Shown here piece after piece: positions 1-9,997 of a stretch of DNA of 64,000 nucleotides (positions within the stretch are counted from its first letter, which is position 1; every line of letters starts with the position of its first letter). The DNA lies in the IMG/VR virus record IMGVR_UViG_3300047299_000128, positions 10,741 through 74,740 of that record; one strand, given 5' to 3'. A model generated the notes under the pieces. The model saw only the letters and a program-made list of their open reading frames with translations, did no database searches and was not told the origin of the DNA. A program made the translations under genes and the position numbers. Source of the DNA: a virus.

Positions 1-339
1 GACTTGACATTAGTAGATACAACTGGCAACGAGTTTGTTTTTAAAAATTTAATAAACTTCGGAGCAACAAAACCGCAGTTCTTGGACAGCACATCATATA
101 TTGGGCGTTTTAGAGCCGGAGATAGCATTATTTTCCCACTCAAGCTAAATAATGTTACAAGCATTTCGTTGAGCCCCTCTTATGCAGGGGACGCTGCAAT
201 TAGCTGGATAACAGTAAGCGGCACAAGTATCGTAGGAACTGCTCCTAATAATAGCAGCCCTAGTCGATACGACATCACAGTAACAGCCAGCAATGGTTCT
301 GTTAGCGTAACCAAAAATTACTGGTTACTAATCACATAA
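1..339 (+). CDS. C-terminal part of a virion structural protein with an Ig/cadherin-like domain (5' truncated by window)
   Basis: Open frame from the window edge; 'SGTSIVGTAP...YDITVTASNG' resembles He_PIG/Ig-like repeats; lies before the fibre cluster. Confidence 0.55.
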   Translation, partial: DLTLVDTTGNEFVFKNLINFGATKPQFLDSTSYIGRFRAGDSIIFPLKLNNVTSISLSPSYAGDAAISWITVSGTSIVGTAPNNSSPSRYDITVTASNGSVSVTKNYWLLIT

Positions 340-393
340 ATTATTCTCACGTTGGCGGGCAACCACACTTAAATTTGCCAAGGAGTTGATAAG

Positions 394-600
394 ATGCCAT
401 TAATAAAGTTGAAATCCAGTTCTATAACCGATAGCGTAGCATTACGTGGACAGCCAACTACATCTGGTCAAAATCCCGGTATTGCTACAACTCGGCAGGT
501 AACTCAAGAGATAAGCAATGTAGTTGGTTCTACACCGGAGTTACTTAATACTCTAAGTAGACTAGCGCAGTCTTTAGGTACAGACCAAAATCAGGCCTAA
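394..600 (+). CDS. 68-aa paralogue of the N-terminal domain of the downstream giant fibre
   Basis: AAGGAG RBS; MPLIKLKSSSITDSVALRGQP...PELLNTL aligns with MPLIKARSSSIIESVDLRGQP...PELLDTL of 639..6779. Confidence 0.75.
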   Translation: MPLIKLKSSSITDSVALRGQPTTSGQNPGIATTRQVTQEISNVVGSTPELLNTLSRLAQSLGTDQNQA

Positions 601-638
601 ACAAGTTTCACTAGAAACTTATATTGAGGATATAAAAC

Positions 639-3600
639 ATGCCTTTAATTAAAGCAAGGTCAAGCTCGATCATCGAATCAGTTGACTTACGCGGCCAGCC
701 AAGTGCTGCAACCGCACCAAACGGTACTAGTACGAATCAATTAGCAAGCACAGCGTTCGTTAGAACAGCTATTGCCGAGTTGATTAACTCTAGTCCAGAA
801 TTGCTAGATACTTTAGCGGAATTAGCTTCTGCGATTAGTAACGATGCAAATTTTGCAACAACAGTTGCTAACAGTGTAGCTACAAAAGTCGCATTAGACG
901 GTAGCACACCGATGACAGGTTCGTTAACTTTAAGCGGTGCTCCTACTGCTGAGTTACATGCAACAACGAAAAAGTATGTTGATGATTTGATCGCTGATCA
1001 AATGATTTACAACACAGGAGACGTCCAAGAAGGTACAAATTTGTACTACACAGACGCTCGCGTTCGCGCAGCCGTAAGTTTATCCAGCGATAACACAAGC
1101 GTTTTAAGTTACAATAGTGTAACTGGTGCTTTTGTTTACGTTCATCCAAATAGCGATGGTATCTTAGAAGGTCAAACTAACCGTTACTTCTCCGAAGCCC
1201 GCGCACGTTTAAGCATTAGCTTAAATAGCGATGACCAACAGATTTTCAGTTACGGTCAACAGTCTGGTGAGTTTACATTTGTAACTCCAAGCACAGACAA
1301 AATCGTTGAAGGTAGTACAAACAGATACTTTACAACAGGTCGTGCTCGTGCTGCAATTAGTGCAGGTGCAAACATTAACTATGATCCAGTAACTGGTATT
1401 GTTAGTTCTGTTGCTACAGTTGAAAGTGTTAATGGACAAACTGGCGTTGTTGTTTTAGACAGTGATGACATTACAGAAGGCGCAACAAACCAATACTTCT
1501 TAAACAGCCGTGCTCGCGCTGCTATTAGTTTAACAAGTAGCGACACAAACGTTCTTTCTTACAATCCAGCAAACGGAACATTTACTTTTGCTAAGCCAAC
1601 AACCGATAGCGTTGATGAAGGTACTACAAACTTATACTTCACAGACGAGCGTGCTCGCGGTGCTGTAAGTTTAACAACTTCTAACTCTAGCGTTTTAGGT
1701 TACAATGGTACAACTGGTGTATTCAACTTCAACTTAGGTGCTGTAACAACAGACGCTATTGCTGAAGGTTCTGCTAACAAGTACTATACTGATGCTCGTG
1801 CTCAAGCTGCAAATGCTCCGGCTATTGCTGCTGTACAAACAGCATTAGACAGCGAAGTAACTCGTGCTACTGGTGCTGAAAGCATTATTGCTGGTGATTT
1901 AGCTGCTGAAGTAACTCGTGCTACTGGTGCTGAAAGCATTATTGCTGGTGATTTAGCTGCTGAAGTAACTGCTCGTGCTGCTGGCGACCAAACAAATGCA
2001 AACGCAATTGCTGCTGAAGCTACTGCTCGTACAAGCGGTGACCAGACAAATGCAACAGCTATTTCTAACGAAACAACTCGTGCTACTGGTGCAGAAGCTG
2101 GTTTAGCTGCTGACATATTAGCAGAATCTGTTGCTCGTACAAGCGGTGACCAAGCAAATGCCGACGCTCTTGTAGCTGAATCGACTGCTCGTACAGCCGG
2201 TGACCAAACTAATGCTGATGCTATCGTATTAGAAAAATCTCGCGCCCAAAACGTAGAAAACGCATTAGCTGGCGATATTGCTACTGAAATTAGTAACCGT
2301 GTATCCGGCGACCAAACAAATGCAAACGCAATTGCTGCCGAAGTAACTCGAGCTCAAACTGCCGAAGCTGGTTTAGCTGGCGACATCTTAGACGAGACAA
2401 CTCGTGCTACTGGCGCAGAAGCTGGTTTAGCTGCCGATATTGCTGCTGAAACTGCTGCTCGTATTGCTGCTGTAACAGCCGAAGCTACTGCTCGTGCTAC
2501 TGCCGATACTGCGTTAGGTGCTCGTATCGACAACTTAGCAAGCAACTTAGACCCAGCTGCATTAGACAGCTTGACTGAAATTGTTAGTGCTTTCCAAAAT
2601 GCTGATGGTAGCTTGACTCAAGCAATCAATGATTTAGCCGCAAGCTCTGCTACTGCATTGGCTGCTGAAACTGCTGCACGCGAAGCTGCTGACGGTGTTT
2701 TAACTTCTGCTGTATCGACTGAAGTTGCTCGTGCAACTGCTGCCGAAGAAGCATTAGCTGATTCTATTAGTTTAGAACATGCACACCACGTCGCTGGCGA
2801 CGCCGCATTAGAAACAGCTATCGGTGATGAAGTAACTCGTGCTACTGGTGCAGAAGGTACTATTGCAAGCAACTTAGCTGCCGAAGTAACTCGTGCTACT
2901 GGTGCTGAAGGTGCTATTGCTGCAAGCGTGACAGCCGAAACAAGTCAACGCCAAGCTGCTGACACATTGTTACAAGCTAACGTTGATGCAGAAGCCACAA
3001 CTCGTGCTGCTGCTGATTTAGTTAACGCAAATGCAATTGCTGCTGAAACAACTCGTGCTACTGGCGTAGAAGGTACTATTGCAAGCAACTTAGCTGCCGA
3101 AGTAACTCGTGCTACTGGTGCTGAAGCAACATTGACAACTAACTTAGCAACTGAAGTTAACCGCGCCCAAGCCGCAGAAACTGCTATTGCTGATGATTTA
3201 GCTAGCGAAACTGCTGCTCGTATTGCTGCTGATGGTGTTTTAACAACTGCTATTGCAACAGAAAAATCTCGCGCAGAAGGCGTCGAAGCTCAGTTACAGA
3301 CTGCAATTAGTGCAGAAGAAACAGCTCGTATTGCTGCCGTAAGTGCAGAAGAAACAGCTCGTATTGCTGCTGTAAGTACAGAAGCTACTGCTCGTGCTGC
3401 CGGTGATGCTGCTAACTCTAGTGCAATTACTGCTGAAGTTGGTCGTGCTACTGCTGCTGAACAAGCTGTTGCTGCTGACTTAGCTGCTGAAGTAACTCGT
3501 GCTACCAGTGCAGAGGCAACTATCGCCGCAAGCGTAACAGCCGAAGCTACTGCTCGTGCTGCTGGTGATGCTGCTAACGCAACTGCTATTGCTGCTGAAA

Positions 3601-6600
3601 CAACTCGTGCTACTGGCGCAGAAGCTGGTTTAGCAAGTGATTTGTTAGACGAAGCCGCTGCTCGTGCTGTCGCCGATACAACAAACGCTAACGCAATTAC
3701 TGCCGAAGCTGCTCGTGCTCAAAATGCAGAAACTGCATTACAATCTAACATCGACACAGAAGCTGCTGCTCGCGTGACCGGCGATGCTGCAAACGCATTA
3801 TCTATTACAAATGAAGCTGCTGCCCGTGCTGCTGCTGATACTGTATTAGCTGATGATATTGCTGCCGAAGAAACAGCTCGTATTGCTGCTGACAATGCAT
3901 TAGGTGCTCGTATTGACAACGTATTGAACAATATCGATCCTGCTGCATTAGATAGTTTAAGTGAAATTGTTACTGCATTCCAAAGTGCAGACAGTACAAT
4001 CAACGGTGCTATCCAACAATTAGCAACTGATTTAGCTGCTGACATTGCAACAGAACACGCACATCATGTAGCTGATAAAGCTGCTGCTGATGCTGCTATT
4101 GCTGCCGAAGCTACTGCTCGTGCTGCTGGTGACACAACAAATGCAAACGCAATTGCTGCTGAAACAACTCGTGCTACTGGTGCAGAAGGTACTATTGCAA
4201 GCAACTTAGCTGCTGAGGTAACTCGCGCTACTGCTGCCGAAGGTGCTATTGCTAGTGATTTAGCTGCTGAGGTAACTCGTGCTACTGCTGCTGAACAAGC
4301 TGAAATTGCTGCTCGTGCTGCTGCTGTAAGTGCAGAAGTAACTGCTCGCGAAGCCGGCGATGCCGTTAATGCTGCTGCTGTAACAGCCGAAGCTACTGCT
4401 CGTGCTGCTGGTGATGCTGCTAACGCAACTGCTATTGCCGACGAAGCTACTGCTCGCCAATCTGGTGACACAACAAATGCTAACGCAATTGCTGCTGAAA
4501 CAACTCGTGCTACTGGCGTAGAGGCTGGTTTACAAACTGCTGTAACTGCTGCTCAAGACTCTGCTGATGCTGCTCAAGCTGACGTAGATGCCGAAGTAAC
4601 TCGTGCTACTGCTGCTGAAGGCGCATTACAAACAGCTATCGAAGCAGAAGCTACTGCTCGTAGTTTAGCTGATACTGCACACGCAACAGCTATTAGCAAC
4701 GAAGTAACTCGTGCTACTGCTGCCGAAGGCGTTATTGCTGGTAACTTAGCTGCTGAAGTGTTAGCTCGTCAAAACGCTGATACAGGATTAGCAGACGATA
4801 TTGCTGCTGAAATAGCTTTACGTATTTCCGGTGACGCTGCAAATGCTGCTGCTATTACTGCTGAGGTAACTCGTGCTACTGGCGCAGAAGACGTTATCGC
4901 TGCAAGCGTAACAGCCGAAGTAACTCGTGCTACTGCTGCCGAACAAGCAAATGCTGCTGCTATCGTAAGCGAAGCAACTGCTCGCGCAAATGCAGATACT
5001 GGTTTAAGTACAAGTATCGCAAACGAAGTAACTCGCGCTACAAATGCAGAAGCTGCATTACAAACAGCGATTGACGCAGAAGCTACTTCTCGTGCTGCTG
5101 CTGTAACTGCTGAAACAACAGCACGTCAAGGCGCTGATACTAACTTGCAGAACCAAATCAATGCTATTATTAGCAACGTTGATCCTGCTGCGTTAGACAG
5201 CTTATCTGAAATCGTTGGTGCATTCCAAAATGCAGACGGTGATTTACAACAAGCTATTACAGACTTAGCTGCAAGTTCTGCACAAGCCGTTGCCGATGAA
5301 GCTAATACACGTTTAGTTGCTGATAACGCAATTATTGCTGACTTGGCTACTGAAGTTGCTCGTGCTGCTGGCGCAGAAGCTGATATTGTTGCTGATTTAG
5401 TAACAGAAACTGCTGCTCGTCAAGCTGCTGATACTACGATTGCTACAAGCGTAACTGCTGAAGTAACTCGTGCTACTGCTGCTGAAGGCGCGCTACAAAC
5501 AGCTATCAATGGCGAACAAGCTGCTCGTATTGCTGCTGATGCCGTACACACTGCTGCTATTGCTGATGAAGCAACGGCTCGTCAAGCTGCTGATGCCGTA
5601 CACACTGCTGCGATTGCAACTGAAGTACAGAACCGTACTGCTGCTGATTTAGTCTTACAAGGCAACATCGACAGCGAAGCTGCTGCTCGCACTACAGCCG
5701 ATACAGCATTAGGTGCTCGTATTGATAGTTTAACAACTGACCAAGTTGCCGAAGGTAATAACCAATACTTTACTTCACTACGTGCTCGTAACAGTGTAAG
5801 CGCTTCTGGTTCGTTAAGCTACAACGCTGCTAGCGGTGTATTCAGCTATACAACTCCTGATACAGACGGTGTTGCTGAAGGTGCAAATCACTTGTACTTT
5901 ACAGACACTCGCGCTCGTTTAGCAGTTGGTTTAGTAACAGACAACACTGATGCGTTAAGCTACAACAGTGCAACAGGTCAGTTTACATTCAACTTAGCCA
6001 GCGTAAATTCTGGTGAAATTGCAGAAGGTTCTAACCTATACTTCACAACAGGTCGCGCACGTGACGCAGTTAGTGGCGGTTCTAATATCAGCTACGACGG
6101 CGCAACTGGCGTAATCAGCACACAAGCTGCTGTATGGAGTGTAAACGGACAAGAGCATGCAGTTGTTTTAAACACTGACAACATCGGAGAAGGTACTACT
6201 AATCAGTACTTCACAGATGCTCGCGCACGTAATGCAGTAACATTAACATCTGATAATGCAGATATCTTAAGTTACAGCGCAGGTACAGGTGCACTTACAT
6301 TCGTAACACCAACAACAGACGCTATCGACGAAGGCGCAACTAACAAGTACTTTACAGACGCTCGTGCAGACGCACGCATCGCTGCTGCAAGTATTAGTGA
6401 CTTAGCAGACGTTGATTTTGTCGGAACAATTACAGACGGTTACTCTTTAGTTTGGAGTAGCGGTTTACAGAAATTCGTTCCGCAGAACGTGTCTATTACT
6501 GCTACAACAGTAAATGCAACAGGTGATGGAACTACAGTAAGTTTCAGCACTGGTGTTGAAGTAAGCAGTATTGATAATACGCAAGTATTCATCAACGGTT

Positions 6601-6779
6601 TAATGCAAGCACCTACATACTCTTACACTATGTCTACAACGGACGGTGTTTCTAGTATCGTGTTTGACGTTGCTCCTGAGATCAATGACTATATTTTCAT
6701 CCGTGTAACACCAACATCTAGCTTAAGTGCTGGCGGTGTTCTAAATGAAGGTAGCAACATTGACGGTGGTACATATTAA
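639..6779 (+). CDS. Giant fibre protein (2046 aa) with a long Ala-rich coiled-coil stalk
   Basis: GAGG RBS; phage fibre motif DTLAELASAISNDANFATT; repeated EGxTNxYFTxxRAR units; about 1300 aa of AEVTRATxAE-type repeats. Confidence 0.85.
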   Translation: MPLIKARSSSIIESVDLRGQPSAATAPNGTSTNQLASTAFVRTAIAELINSSPELLDTLAELASAISNDANFATTVANSVATKVALDGSTPMTGSLTLSGAPTAELHATTKKYVDDLIADQMIYNTGDVQEGTNLYYTDARVRAAVSLSSDNTSVLSYNSVTGAFVYVHPNSDGILEGQTNRYFSEARARLSISLNSDDQQIFSYGQQSGEFTFVTPSTDKIVEGSTNRYFTTGRARAAISAGANINYDPVTGIVSSVATVESVNGQTGVVVLDSDDITEGATNQYFLNSRARAAISLTSSDTNVLSYNPANGTFTFAKPTTDSVDEGTTNLYFTDERARGAVSLTTSNSSVLGYNGTTGVFNFNLGAVTTDAIAEGSANKYYTDARAQAANAPAIAAVQTALDSEVTRATGAESIIAGDLAAEVTRATGAESIIAGDLAAEVTARAAGDQTNANAIAAEATARTSGDQTNATAISNETTRATGAEAGLAADILAESVARTSGDQANADALVAESTARTAGDQTNADAIVLEKSRAQNVENALAGDIATEISNRVSGDQTNANAIAAEVTRAQTAEAGLAGDILDETTRATGAEAGLAADIAAETAARIAAVTAEATARATADTALGARIDNLASNLDPAALDSLTEIVSAFQNADGSLTQAINDLAASSATALAAETAAREAADGVLTSAVSTEVARATAAEEALADSISLEHAHHVAGDAALETAIGDEVTRATGAEGTIASNLAAEVTRATGAEGAIAASVTAETSQRQAADTLLQANVDAEATTRAAADLVNANAIAAETTRATGVEGTIASNLAAEVTRATGAEATLTTNLATEVNRAQAAETAIADDLASETAARIAADGVLTTAIATEKSRAEGVEAQLQTAISAEETARIAAVSAEETARIAAVSTEATARAAGDAANSSAITAEVGRATAAEQAVAADLAAEVTRATSAEATIAASVTAEATARAAGDAANATAIAAETTRATGAEAGLASDLLDEAAARAVADTTNANAITAEAARAQNAETALQSNIDTEAAARVTGDAANALSITNEAAARAAADTVLADDIAAEETARIAADNALGARIDNVLNNIDPAALDSLSEIVTAFQSADSTINGAIQQLATDLAADIATEHAHHVADKAAADAAIAAEATARAAGDTTNANAIAAETTRATGAEGTIASNLAAEVTRATAAEGAIASDLAAEVTRATAAEQAEIAARAAAVSAEVTAREAGDAVNAAAVTAEATARAAGDAANATAIADEATARQSGDTTNANAIAAETTRATGVEAGLQTAVTAAQDSADAAQADVDAEVTRATAAEGALQTAIEAEATARSLADTAHATAISNEVTRATAAEGVIAGNLAAEVLARQNADTGLADDIAAEIALRISGDAANAAAITAEVTRATGAEDVIAASVTAEVTRATAAEQANAAAIVSEATARANADTGLSTSIANEVTRATNAEAALQTAIDAEATSRAAAVTAETTARQGADTNLQNQINAIISNVDPAALDSLSEIVGAFQNADGDLQQAITDLAASSAQAVADEANTRLVADNAIIADLATEVARAAGAEADIVADLVTETAARQAADTTIATSVTAEVTRATAAEGALQTAINGEQAARIAADAVHTAAIADEATARQAADAVHTAAIATEVQNRTAADLVLQGNIDSEAAARTTADTALGARIDSLTTDQVAEGNNQYFTSLRARNSVSASGSLSYNAASGVFSYTTPDTDGVAEGANHLYFTDTRARLAVGLVTDNTDALSYNSATGQFTFNLASVNSGEIAEGSNLYFTTGRARDAVSGGSNISYDGATGVISTQAAVWSVNGQEHAVVLNTDNIGEGTTNQYFTDARARNAVTLTSDNADILSYSAGTGALTFVTPTTDAIDEGATNKYFTDARADARIAAASISDLADVDFVGTITDGYSLVWSSGLQKFVPQNVSITATTVNATGDGTTVSFSTGVEVSSIDNTQVFINGLMQAPTYSYTMSTTDGVSSIVFDVAPEINDYIFIRVTPTSSLSAGGVLNEGSNIDGGTY
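1854..1961 (+). repeat. Exact 54-bp tandem duplication (18-aa coiled-coil unit) within the giant fibre gene
   Basis: gaagtaactcgtgctactggtgctgaaagcattattgctggtgatttagctgct occurs at 1854 and at 1908. Confidence 0.9.
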
Positions 6780-6801
6780 TCTTAACTGATTAGTATCGAA
6801 A

Positions 6802-6825
6802 GAAAAGGACCTTCGGGTCCTTTTC
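6802..6825 (+). terminator. Rho-independent terminator with a cUUCGg tetraloop
   Basis: GAAAAGGACC-TTCG-GGTCCTTTTC directly after the fibre gene. Confidence 0.85.
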
Positions 6826-6829
6826 CATT

Positions 6830-6848
6830 TATAAATAATGTATAAATA
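6830..6848 (+). promoter_or_regulatory. Tandem T4-like late promoters (TATAAATA x2)
   Basis: TATAAATA at 6830 and 6841, upstream of 6870. Confidence 0.7.
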
Positions 6849-6869
6849 TAATGATAACTAGACTGAGAT

Positions 6870-7370
6870 ATGCCGATTTTTCGTGGAAAACCCCTTGTTA
6901 GTGCTGCATCGGATGCAAAAGACAGCGTCAGACTCGCCACGAAATCAAATATCAATTTGGCGTCACTTACTTACAGCATAGACGGCATTCCTCTAAAAAA
7001 TAAAGACAGAATATTATTAGCAGGGCAAAATCCTCCTACTCTAAACGGAATCTACGTTTGGAATTCGATAACTAACAAATTTACCAGGGCAATTGATGCA
7101 GATTCTACCGAAGATTTAACTTCTGGTGCCCGAGTTTATGTTGAAGAAGGCGCAGTATTTGCCAAAACATCTTGGCTAATGACGACTCCGGGTGACATAC
7201 ACATTGGTACCACTGACATAACATTCACTTTAGAAAATAGAATTGGTAGTACTGACATATCAGGAGTTTTCGGCGCCGCAAACAAAACTCTTATAGTAAC
7301 TATTAATGATGCCGGAGACATAGAAAATATACAAGCAGTTGATTTTGAACTCGACGGCGGCGAATTTTAA
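6870..7370 (+). CDS. Fibre-associated/virion structural protein
   Basis: KDSVRLAT...DRILLAGQ...NGIYVW...RAIDAD domain, common in phage fibre proteins; ends LDGGEF. Confidence 0.65.
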   Translation: MPIFRGKPLVSAASDAKDSVRLATKSNINLASLTYSIDGIPLKNKDRILLAGQNPPTLNGIYVWNSITNKFTRAIDADSTEDLTSGARVYVEEGAVFAKTSWLMTTPGDIHIGTTDITFTLENRIGSTDISGVFGAANKTLIVTINDAGDIENIQAVDFELDGGEF

Positions 7371-7462
7371 TATATTATCTGTTATATAACTAAGAGAAGC
7401 GATAAATACATTGGGTATAAGCGAACCTGATGTTCGCTTATTTTTAGGAGTATATACTCGAT

Positions 7463-9997
7463 ATGGCCAATCAAATCGTATTAAAACGCAGTGCAACACC
7501 TGGTAAGGTACCATCTACCAGTCAACTTGCATTAGGCGAAGTAGCTATTAACACTCACGACGGTAAGTTATTCATCAAGAAAGATGATGGAACACCTAGC
7601 GTTGTTGAAATTGGTGGTGTTACTAGTGTTAACTCTTTAACAGGTTCCGTTGTTTTAAGCACAACAGAAGTTGCTGAAGGTTCTAACCAATATTTTACAA
7701 ATTCTCGTGCTCGTCAAGCAGTTAGCGCTGGCACAGGTATTAGCTACAATGCTAGTACTGGTGTTATTAGCACAACTCAAAACTTAAGCACTGGCGGTAC
7801 GCCTACATTTGCAGGTGTAACATTAACTGGTAATTCGACAGTTTCCGGTAATATCGTTCCAGGCGCAGATAACGTTTATAGCTTGGGTAGTCCAACTCAT
7901 GTATGGAAAGACGTTTACGTCGGTCCAGGTACATTGTATATTAACGGTAGTCCGGTTATTACCGACAACAGCGGTACAATGACATTTACTGCGGACGTTG
8001 ATCAAAACATTCGTTTGACAACAGTTGGCGCAGGTGTATTGCAATTAGGTTCTAGTGCAACTAACGTTAATATCGACGGTACTTTACAAATCGCTAGCGG
8101 TAAGAACATTACTGACAGTGCAGGCGTAGAAGTTAACTTCGGTGACAACATTGACATGAACAACAACAAGATTGTTGGTCTTGGTGCACCAAGTGCAAGT
8201 ACAGACGCAGCAAACAAGGCGTATGTTGATAGTCAAGTTGGTGCAATCAGCACTAGCACTATCAGCAGTGGTAACTCAAACATTGCAGTTGTTGACAACG
8301 GTACAGGTACAGTAACAGTTACAGTTGACGGTTCTACTGCATTGACAGTAACTGCTGCTGGTGTTGTCGTAGCCGGTGACTTTACAGTTAGCGGTGTTAC
8401 TACAACAGTTAACTCTAATACCGTTGCAATTGCAGACAACATTTTAACATTGAATAGCGATGCTACAGGCGCTCCAACTCAAAACGCAGGTCTAGAAGTT
8501 AAGCGTGGCGATGAAGCAAACGTTCAGTTACGTTGGAACGAAGGTACAGACAAGTGGACATTTACTAACGATGGCGCAGTTTATAACGCAATCGCAGTTA
8601 ACACTGATGACTTAAGCGAAGGCGCTGCTAACCAGTATTTTACACAAAGCCGTGCTCGTCAAAGCGTAAGCGTTGCAAGTGGTACAGGTTTAAGCTACAA
8701 CAGTACAACTGGTGTATTAAACTTAAGCGGTATCCCAAACAACAGTTTGGCAAACAACTCCATCAGCGTTAACGGTTCTACTGTTAGCTTAGGTGGTTCT
8801 GTAACAATCGGTTCCGATGCAGTTTCAGAAGGTTCTAGCAACCAATACTTCACAAGTGCTCGCGCACGTGGTGCAGTAAGTGCCGGAACAGGTATTAGCT
8901 ACAACAGCACGACAGGTGCAATTAGTGCAGATACGACAGTATTAGCAACTAAGAGCTATGTCGATACTGCAACAGCTAACGCTACTTTAACAAGTACAGA
9001 TGATTTGGTAGAAGGTGCAGCAAACCTATACTTTACTACTAGTCGCGCACAAGAAGCTAACACAACAGCAATTGCAACAGCCAAGAGCGAAGCAATCAGT
9101 GCTGCTGCAAGCGATGCAACTACTAAAGCTAATGCTGCTCAAGCCGCTGCTATTGCTACAGCATCTGCTGATGCAACTACTAAAGCTAATGCTGCTCAAG
9201 CCGCTGCTATCAGTTCTGCTTCAAGCGATGCTGCATCTAAAGTATTAGTCGAAACAAACCGTGCTATTGCTGCTGAAGCTGCTTTAGGCTCGCGTATCGA
9301 TAACGTATTAGCTAATACTGATGCAGTAGCATTGAACAGTTTAAGCGAATTAGTTACAGCGTTCCAAGCTGCTGACGGTAATTTAACAACATCCATCGGA
9401 GCATTATCTACAAGCGCGTCTAGTGCATTAACGCAAGAAATTACAGATCGTCAAAATGCAGTTACTAGCGCAATCAGTGCTGCTGCAAGCGATGCAACTA
9501 CTAAAGCTAATGCTGCTCAAGCCGCTGCTATTGCTACAGCATCTGCTGATGCAACTACTAAAGCTAATGCTGCTCAAGCCGCTGCTATTGCTACAGCATC
9601 TGCTGATGCAACAGCTAAAGTTGCTGCAGAAGCTGCTGCTCGTGCTGCTGCTATTACAGCCGCAGTTGCTGGTAAAGATAACACAGACGAAATCACAGAA
9701 GGTTCTACAAACCTATACTACACAGATGCTCGCGTAGCAACTCGTGTTGATAGCGGTTTAACAAACTTCCACAGTGCTTTCCAATCTGTAACTTCTGCAC
9801 AAGCTACAACTAATGCAACAGGTACAGTTGCGTTTACATTTGCAGATTTAGCTACAGCTAAACACTACAATGTTTATGTAAACCGTATGTTGTTACGTCC
9901 TACAGAATTCAGCGTAAGCGGTTCTACAGTAACATTTGTTGCAGGATTGTTGACTACAGATGATGAAATCGAAGTAACTGGTTTAAAGTTCGCGTAA
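7463..9997 (+). CDS. Fibre protein with an Mtd-N-like N-terminus and Ala-rich repeats
   Basis: N-terminus IVLKRS..GKVP...LALGEVAINTHDGKLFIK; EGxxNQYFT repeats; DATTKANAAQAAAI repeats; late promoter GATAAATA at 7401. Confidence 0.8.
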   Translation: MANQIVLKRSATPGKVPSTSQLALGEVAINTHDGKLFIKKDDGTPSVVEIGGVTSVNSLTGSVVLSTTEVAEGSNQYFTNSRARQAVSAGTGISYNASTGVISTTQNLSTGGTPTFAGVTLTGNSTVSGNIVPGADNVYSLGSPTHVWKDVYVGPGTLYINGSPVITDNSGTMTFTADVDQNIRLTTVGAGVLQLGSSATNVNIDGTLQIASGKNITDSAGVEVNFGDNIDMNNNKIVGLGAPSASTDAANKAYVDSQVGAISTSTISSGNSNIAVVDNGTGTVTVTVDGSTALTVTAAGVVVAGDFTVSGVTTTVNSNTVAIADNILTLNSDATGAPTQNAGLEVKRGDEANVQLRWNEGTDKWTFTNDGAVYNAIAVNTDDLSEGAANQYFTQSRARQSVSVASGTGLSYNSTTGVLNLSGIPNNSLANNSISVNGSTVSLGGSVTIGSDAVSEGSSNQYFTSARARGAVSAGTGISYNSTTGAISADTTVLATKSYVDTATANATLTSTDDLVEGAANLYFTTSRAQEANTTAIATAKSEAISAAASDATTKANAAQAAAIATASADATTKANAAQAAAISSASSDAASKVLVETNRAIAAEAALGSRIDNVLANTDAVALNSLSELVTAFQAADGNLTTSIGALSTSASSALTQEITDRQNAVTSAISAAASDATTKANAAQAAAIATASADATTKANAAQAAAIATASADATAKVAAEAAARAAAITAAVAGKDNTDEITEGSTNLYYTDARVATRVDSGLTNFHSAFQSVTSAQATTNATGTVAFTFADLATAKHYNVYVNRMLLRPTEFSVSGSTVTFVAGLLTTDDEIEVTGLKFA
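9092..9588 (+). repeat. Exact 119-bp direct repeat (9092-9210 and 9470-9588) inside a fibre gene
   Basis: Identical DNA encoding AISAAASDATTKANAAQAAAIATASADATTKANAAQAAAI. Confidence 0.85.

Noticed and set aside
7463-9997. Diversity-generating retroelement suggested by the Mtd-N-like domain and DNA repeats
   Set aside because: Repeats are exact in-frame coiled-coil duplications with no adenine-specific mismatches; no reverse transcriptase in the window
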